Below are positions 35,569 through 41,123 of a DNA stretch of 41,123 nt, in pieces. The DNA comes from Patescibacteria group bacterium (lineage in GTDB: Bacteria > Patescibacteriota > Minisyncoccia > Phycocordibacterales > EsbW-18), in NCBI GenBank assembly GCA_038063815.1, contig JBBTUJ010000004.1, positions 1 to 41,123 of the forward strand, given 5' to 3'. The translations under genes were made by a program, and so were the position numbers. A model generated the notes under the pieces. It saw only the letters and a list, made by a program, of their open reading frames with translations, had not been told where the DNA came from and did not search any database. Within the stretch, counting starts at the first letter, position 1. Each line of letters starts with the position of its first letter.

Positions 35569-35834
35569 TGTACTTCGTTTATCTTCTCACCTGCGCTGAT
35601 GGGTCAATCTATACGGGCATTGCAACCGATGTGAAGCGGCGGTTTGCGGAGCACAGGAAGGGAACAGCAAGCCGATACACGCGCGCGAAAAAGGCGGTGA
35701 AGATTATCTATACAGAAAAACATCTGAACCGAAGTACGGCATCAAAACGAGAAGCAGAGATTAAAAAGTGGCCGAGGCGCGCGAAACTCGCGCTTGCCGC
35801 AAAAAGAAAAACAAAGAGACGAATGAAGGTTTAA
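35568..35834 (+). CDS. GIY-YIG nuclease family protein (UPF0213)
   Basis: YFVYLL.CADGSIYTGIATDVKRRF.EH...SRYTR...A.KRE..IK. Confidence 0.92.
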   Translation: MYFVYLLTCADGSIYTGIATDVKRRFAEHRKGTASRYTRAKKAVKIIYTEKHLNRSTASKREAEIKKWPRRAKLALAAKRKTKRRMKV

Positions 35835-35914
35835 AAATCACAAATAGCGTGGTATAGTACAGAGCCGCTCCAGAGGACTTGGTGAGCGGTCTTTTCTTTT
35901 CTTCGCTTGAATAT

Positions 35915-37408
35915 ATGGCACAAAACGAAACAATCGTCTCATTTGAGGACGTATCATTTGAATACGGAGCGATGAAACCTATTCTTGATGAGGTCTCTTT
36001 TTCTGTGCGTCGCGGCACGAAAACCACGTTCATGGGTCAGAACGGATCCGGTAAAAGTACGATATTTCAGTTGATCGCGGGTGGGCTTTCGCCCGAATCA
36101 GGAAAGATAACCATCATCGACGGGCTCACCATCGCGCTCTCGCGGCAAGTCATTCCGCGGGATGAACTTGATCTCACGGTACGTGAATTTTTTGAGAGGC
36201 GTTTTTCTGCAAAGGTGTACGATATCGATCCACAGATAGACGAAGTGCTCGAAGTAGTGAACTTGAAGGGCCACGAGAAACTCCACGAGAGGGTAATTCG
36301 CACATTCTCGGGTGGCCAACAGGCGCGACTCCTTTTAGCATCCGCCCTGATTCAGAATCCGGACCTTCTTCTTTTGGACGAGCCGACGAATAATCTTGAT
36401 ACGGCGGGCATCGAACACCTCACGCAATTTTTGGTGAATTATAAAAAGACAGTTATTGTCATTTCCCACGACGCGGACTTTTTGAATGCATTTACCGACG
36501 TCGTTTTGTATCTCGACAGTCACACAAAGAAAGTGGAGCAGTATTCAGGAAACTATTTTGACGTTGTAAAAGAGATTTCCATACGTGTTGAGAAAGAAAA
36601 CCGCAAGAACTATCAACTCGCAAAGAAAATTCAGGAAAATAAAGACAAAGCGAATTTCTTTGCACACAAGGGAGGAAAGATGCGTCTTGTCGCGAAGCGC
36701 ATGCGTGAGGAAGCGGAAGAACTCGAAGAAGAAAAAGTTGACGTACGAAAGGAAGACAAGACAATCCGACCGTTCATCATTCCAGCGCAAGAGAATCTCA
36801 CCGGCGTTGTACTCTCGATCACATCATTTGATGCGCTTGATTCGAAGACGCACAAGCCCGTTACTCGAAAGGCGAATGTGGCGCTTCGGAAAGGGGAACA
36901 CCTCCTTCTCAAGGGGCCAAATGGTATCGGTAAGAGCACGTTACTTGAACTCATCGCAAAAAATGAGGCACCAGGAACAACGATTGCGGATGGAGTAAAG
37001 ATTGGATACTACAGACAGGATTTCTCAACGCTTGATTTTGATGAAACGGTCAGAGAATCATTGATGGCGGTTATGGAGAAAAAGGAAGAAGAGCGGATGC
37101 GCTCTCTTGCCGCAGGGTTTCTTATCACGGGAAATATCATAGAAACAAAGATCGGGGCATTGTCAGAAGGGCAGAAAGGACTCGTTGCGTTTGCACGTCT
37201 CGTATTCGAGAAGCCGGGCCTCCTCATTCTTGATGAACCAACGAATCACATAAACTTCCGCCACATTCCGGAGATCGCAAAAGCACTCGATGCATACAAG
37301 GGAGCAATGATCCTTGTCTCTCACGTGCCAGAGTTCGTCGAACAAATTCGCATCGACGAAGTGCTCGATCTCGAGAAAAAGAAAAAAGTGTCACACGAGG
37401 TCGAGTGA
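35915..37408 (+). CDS. ABC-F family ATPase
   Basis: Two ABC domains (GQNGSGKST, GPNGIGKST; LDEPTNNLD, LDEPTNH); no TM. Confidence 0.92.
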   Translation: MAQNETIVSFEDVSFEYGAMKPILDEVSFSVRRGTKTTFMGQNGSGKSTIFQLIAGGLSPESGKITIIDGLTIALSRQVIPRDELDLTVREFFERRFSAKVYDIDPQIDEVLEVVNLKGHEKLHERVIRTFSGGQQARLLLASALIQNPDLLLLDEPTNNLDTAGIEHLTQFLVNYKKTVIVISHDADFLNAFTDVVLYLDSHTKKVEQYSGNYFDVVKEISIRVEKENRKNYQLAKKIQENKDKANFFAHKGGKMRLVAKRMREEAEELEEEKVDVRKEDKTIRPFIIPAQENLTGVVLSITSFDALDSKTHKPVTRKANVALRKGEHLLLKGPNGIGKSTLLELIAKNEAPGTTIADGVKIGYYRQDFSTLDFDETVRESLMAVMEKKEEERMRSLAAGFLITGNIIETKIGALSEGQKGLVAFARLVFEKPGLLILDEPTNHINFRHIPEIAKALDAYKGAMILVSHVPEFVEQIRIDEVLDLEKKKKVSHEVE

Positions 37409-38149
37409 GCGTAGAAATTCTTTGAGTTCCGCGCCCTCGATCTTTCGGTGTACTCCTTCGGGAAGAGTTCCCAGTTCAACATTCATCACCCGAAGACGTT
37501 TGAGGTCGTCGACTTCTTGAAAAAGAGCGACGCACATACGTCTTATCTGGTGCTTTTTTCCTTCGGTCAGAATCACACGGAATGTGTTTCCATTGATGAT
37601 CTGCACTTTACACGGTTTTGTTTTTTCATCCTCGATCTGCACACCCGCTTCCATTTTTTGTTTGAAATTTCCTCGGAGCGGATTCTTTGTTGTCACAAGA
37701 TACTCTTTTTCGTGTTCGAAACGCGGCCCGAGAAGTCGTTCGGTGACTCGCCCGTCATTTGTGAGGATAATGAGACCGTGTGAGTCCTTGTCCAATCGGC
37801 CAACAGGGAAGACGCCTCGAAGGGGCGCTACCTGCTGTATATCTTTTTCGCCGCGTTGTGCTGAGTGCGTAACGATGCCGCGCGCTTTGTTGTATGCGTA
37901 GTAGACGAACGTGGGTCGTTTGCCGCGGAAATGCACTTCGACAACGTCTTTCTCATTTACCTTGTCGCCAAGTTGGGCGAGGCGCCCATTCAAGAACACC
38001 TGTTTTTTCTCGATCATTTCATCCGCCCCGCGGCGCGTTGAGTAGCTCTTGAACGCAAGATACTTATTAATCCGCATGGGGAATGTGGGAACAGTTCCCA
38101 AGGGTTTTGGGGGTGGTTGTTTGAACCCCTTCTTTTGTTGATGAACCAT
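37391..38149 (-). CDS. rRNA pseudouridine synthase (RsuA/RluB/E/F family)
   Basis: S4 domain, PVGRLDKDSHGL, LTEGKKHQIRRM. Confidence 0.93.
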   Translation of the reverse strand: MVHQQKKGFKQPPPKPLGTVPTFPMRINKYLAFKSYSTRRGADEMIEKKQVFLNGRLAQLGDKVNEKDVVEVHFRGKRPTFVYYAYNKARGIVTHSAQRGEKDIQQVAPLRGVFPVGRLDKDSHGLIILTNDGRVTERLLGPRFEHEKEYLVTTKNPLRGNFKQKMEAGVQIEDEKTKPCKVQIINGNTFRVILTEGKKHQIRRMCVALFQEVDDLKRLRVMNVELGTLPEGVHRKIEGAELKEFLRSLDLV

Positions 38150-38162
38150 ACCCTCGCAGTTT

Positions 38163-38201
38163 ACCCAGCACTTACCTTTTAAGCAAAGGTAAGTGCTGGG
38201 T
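38163..38201. repeat. 17-bp perfect hairpin between divergent genes
   Basis: ACCCAGCACTTACCTTT-TAAGC-AAAGGTAAGTGCTGGGT. Confidence 0.75.
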
Positions 38202-38251
38202 GTATCATCATGTGGTCGATTTATCCGAGAACACGTACACTTGGAGAGAAT

Positions 38252-39520
38252 ATGAAAAAAGAGGCACTACAGAAAATCACCAGAGATGTATGGGACGTTG
38301 TTGTGGTTGGGGGCGGGCCGGCGGGCATGATGGCGGCAGGTCGCGCGGCCGAGAGGGGTCGTTCCGTGCTTGTACTTGAGAAAAATGACAAGCTCGGTAA
38401 GAAACTCCTTATCACAGGCGGAGGCCGGTGCAATATCACAAACAACACACCCGATGTACGAACAATGCTCGGAAGATACAAGGAAAGCAGTAAATTTCTT
38501 TTTTCGGCGTTTTCGCAATTTTCCGTAAAGGATTCAATTGTGTTCTTCGAAAAACGAAATGTTGCTCTCAAAGAAGAAAACGATGGCAGAATGTTTCCAA
38601 AATCAAACAAAGCACAAACCGTGTGGGACGTACTGGTTCGATATATAAAGGGAGGGAATGTGTCGGTACGAACGAGGGCGAGTGTTTCGGGTATTGCGCA
38701 GGATGTTGACTCGAAACATATCGTTGTGACGCTTACCAACAGCGAGAAAATTGTTGCCAAGTCGTGCGTTGTAGCAACAGGCGGTACATCGCATCCAGAA
38801 ACCGGCTCAACAGGAGAAGGTTTTAAGTGGCTCACGAAACTCGGCCATACGATTATTGAGAACAACTTCGCACTCGTTCCACTCGCGCTTTCGGACGATT
38901 GGGTAAAGAATCTGGGTGGCGTAACACTTCCCAATATCAAACTCACCGTGCTTGCGGATGACAAAAAACAAAGTGTCCACAGAGGGAGAATTCTCTTCAC
39001 GCATTTTGGCGTGAGTGGCCCGACAGTCCTTAATATGAGTAGGGAAATCGGCGAACTTTTGGAACACAGCGATGTGACGATACTTCTTGATCTTTTTCCA
39101 AGACTTGACCCAGCGGGAATGCGCGAGAAGATTCAGACGCTTCTCATGACGGAATCGAATAAGAAGATAAAGAATGCGCTCAGTTCTCTCATACCTTCCG
39201 CGCTTGTCGGGCCGATTCTCACACTTGCGGGAATTGACGGTGATACGCCGAACCACAGTGTGCGCAGTGCCGAGCGCACAAAACTCACTACACTCCTGAA
39301 GAGCATTCCACTCCACGTGAAGGGGCTCTTGGGGGCCAATAAGGCGGTTATATCCGCTGGCGGGGTTTCGCTCAACGAGGTTGATTTCAAAACGATGGAA
39401 TCCCGCGTCGTGCCGCGCCTCTATCTCGTCGGGGATGTTCTCAATATTGATAGGCCTTCAGGCGGATACAGTTTGCAACTTTGTTGGACGACTGGTTTTG
39501 TTGCGGGGGAGAATGCGTAA
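38252..39520 (+). CDS. HI0933/YhiN/BaiN family flavoprotein
   Basis: GGGPAG, GKKLLITGGGRCNITN, ILFTHFGVSGP, GGYSLQ. Confidence 0.93.
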   Translation: MKKEALQKITRDVWDVVVVGGGPAGMMAAGRAAERGRSVLVLEKNDKLGKKLLITGGGRCNITNNTPDVRTMLGRYKESSKFLFSAFSQFSVKDSIVFFEKRNVALKEENDGRMFPKSNKAQTVWDVLVRYIKGGNVSVRTRASVSGIAQDVDSKHIVVTLTNSEKIVAKSCVVATGGTSHPETGSTGEGFKWLTKLGHTIIENNFALVPLALSDDWVKNLGGVTLPNIKLTVLADDKKQSVHRGRILFTHFGVSGPTVLNMSREIGELLEHSDVTILLDLFPRLDPAGMREKIQTLLMTESNKKIKNALSSLIPSALVGPILTLAGIDGDTPNHSVRSAERTKLTTLLKSIPLHVKGLLGANKAVISAGGVSLNEVDFKTMESRVVPRLYLVGDVLNIDRPSGGYSLQLCWTTGFVAGENA

Positions 39521-39534
39521 TCCCCACAGGGTTA

Positions 39535-39562
39535 TTGACACCCTTAATATCGGTGCTATAAT
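39535..39562 (+). promoter_or_regulatory. Sigma70 promoter with extended -10
   Basis: TTGACA-16-TATAAT with TGn. Confidence 0.75.
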
Positions 39563-39619
39563 TCTTTTTACCTTGCCTCGGCAAGATCCTCGGTCAGAAA
39601 TCGGGGAAAAGAACACATC

Positions 39620-39751
39620 ATGAAAACAACCCATTACATGTGGAATATGCAGACGCTTTACATGCGCACAGGCGCAGGCCTTTGTGCATTCAAAGATACC
39701 GGCGTCATTTCGCCGTTTGTCTCATATGGGCGGTGTGTTCCGAGGACTTAA
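39620..39751 (+). CDS. Putative leader peptide (43 aa)
   Basis: MKTTHYMWNMQTLYMRTGAGLCAFKDTGVISPFVSYGRCVPRT, between the promoter and a terminator. Confidence 0.55.
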   Translation: MKTTHYMWNMQTLYMRTGAGLCAFKDTGVISPFVSYGRCVPRT

Positions 39752-39773
39752 CTTTTCCTTAATTGAGTTTTTC

Positions 39774-39810
39774 AAACACCCCGCCACCAGGCGGGGTGTT
39801 TTGTTCTTTT
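39774..39810 (+). terminator. Attenuator-type terminator in the MFS leader
   Basis: AAACACCCCGCC-ACCA-GGCGGGGTGTTT plus TGTTCTTTT. Confidence 0.8.
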
Positions 39811-39870
39811 ACAACTCATCATTCAACAAACGATTTCCTATAGCAACCCACTAACGGAGAGGAGAGAACC

Positions 39871-41064
39871 ATGATCAAGTCAACGATGCGGCAGTACCTC
39901 GTACTCGTCGGGTTGTCGAAGTTCGGCATTAGCTTCATTGCTGCGATGTACGTAACCTTTTTGATCTCAAAAGGGCTCAACCTCTTTGAAGTCAATCTGG
40001 TCAACTTCATCTATTTCACCACATTGTTCATCTGCGAGATTCCCACGGGGGCATTCGCTGATGTCTTTGGGAGAAAGGTGTCGTTCGTCACCTCGTGTTT
40101 CATTTTTGCATTGGGGATGGCGGTCTACTTCGCATCAACGTCGTTCTGGGGCTTTGCTCTCGCTGAAGCAATCAGCGCGGTGGGCGCCACGTTTGCAAGT
40201 GGTGCCTTCCAGTCATGGGCGGTGGATTCACTCAAGCATCACGGCTACGAGGGCACATTCACAAAGCTCTTTGCGAGAGAGCAACAAGTTGTGCAAGGTG
40301 TCGGGATTGTCGGGGCAGTTGCGGGCGCGTTTCTCGCCGATGTTTCGATCGCATTGCCGTGGCTCGTGGCGAGCGGCGTTCTCTTTACAACCGGAATCCT
40401 TGCTTGGGTCTGGATGAAAGAGGATTACTTCGTGCGACAGAAGCTCTCGTTCAAAGAGGGGCTTCGGTCAATGAAGACCGTAACCCTCGTGAGTGTGCGG
40501 TATGGAGCAAAAAACAAAGCGATTAGATTCGTTCTCGTTATTGGAACCCTTCAGTTCGTCGCCATTCAAGCGCCGAACATGCAGTGGCAGCCATACTTCT
40601 CACAATTCTTTACCGGAGGAATCAGCTCGTTCGGGTTTTTGTCGGCCGGGATAGGACTATCGCTTATGACAGGAGCATGGCTCGCGCCGCGTCTGCTCAA
40701 GAAGATTCCAAATGAAAGAAGAGCGCTCATCTTCACGCAAGCGATGGTTGGGATTGGGCTTGCGGCAAGTGTCGCGTGGAATGTGTTTCCTGTTGTGCTT
40801 ATCGCATTCCTCTTTCATGAGGTGGCGCGCGGGATGTTCAAGCCGCTCAAGGATGTATATCTGCACGATAACATTCCTTCAAAAGAGCGCGCGACAATTA
40901 TCTCGTTCGAGTCCATCGCCCATCACGGAGGCGGCATGATTGGACTTCTGGGGAGCGGTATTCTTGCGGAGAAGGCAGGGATTCCTGTGGCATGGGCTCT
41001 CTCCGGCATGTTGCTCTTGGTATCTACGTTGTTGGTTATGAGAAACGGTTCTCGGAAAAAGTAA
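39871..41064 (+). CDS. MFS transporter (probable efflux)
   Basis: EIPTGAFADVFGRK, SGAFQSW, RATIIS; strong GGAGAGGAG SD. Confidence 0.9.
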   Translation: MIKSTMRQYLVLVGLSKFGISFIAAMYVTFLISKGLNLFEVNLVNFIYFTTLFICEIPTGAFADVFGRKVSFVTSCFIFALGMAVYFASTSFWGFALAEAISAVGATFASGAFQSWAVDSLKHHGYEGTFTKLFAREQQVVQGVGIVGAVAGAFLADVSIALPWLVASGVLFTTGILAWVWMKEDYFVRQKLSFKEGLRSMKTVTLVSVRYGAKNKAIRFVLVIGTLQFVAIQAPNMQWQPYFSQFFTGGISSFGFLSAGIGLSLMTGAWLAPRLLKKIPNERRALIFTQAMVGIGLAASVAWNVFPVVLIAFLFHEVARGMFKPLKDVYLHDNIPSKERATIISFESIAHHGGGMIGLLGSGILAEKAGIPVAWALSGMLLLVSTLLVMRNGSRKK

Positions 41065-41076
41065 TTTCGAAGACCC

Positions 41077-41111
41077 AGAGGGCGGCTCGATGGCATCGAG
41101 CCGCCCTCTTT
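41077..41111 (+). terminator. Intrinsic terminator
   Basis: AGAGGGCGGCTCGATG..CATCGAGCCGCCCTCT plus T tract. Confidence 0.8.
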
Positions 41112-41123
41112 CTTGGATAAAAT

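Overview
Bacterial chromosomal window, probably Patescibacteria/Parcubacteria (CPR). That assignment is inferred from the shortened RF2, apparently leaderless core genes, acidic surface proteins and repeat style. Core genes are rpsF-ssb-rpsR, efp, recA, ftsK, yqeY, rmuC, prfB-ftsE-ftsX, dgkA, an ABC-F ATPase, a pseudouridine synthase and an HI0933 flavoprotein. There are six tRNA genes; the initiator-like tRNA-Met is split by a 203-nt group I intron. Main unusual signals: (1) five single genes directly after tRNA-Gln, each followed by a degenerate 26-nt tRNA-3'-like repeat, with no integrase in the window; (2) a winged-helix gene divergent from ftsK whose DNA carries 19 copies of TGTCY(TT/GA); (3) tandem MITE-like elements inserted at a start codon; (4) a leader-peptide attenuator before an MFS gene; (5) a thioredoxin / CcdA-MsrA-MsrB fusion operon with visible candidate Xre operators. 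All calls were made by eye; no database searches were run.
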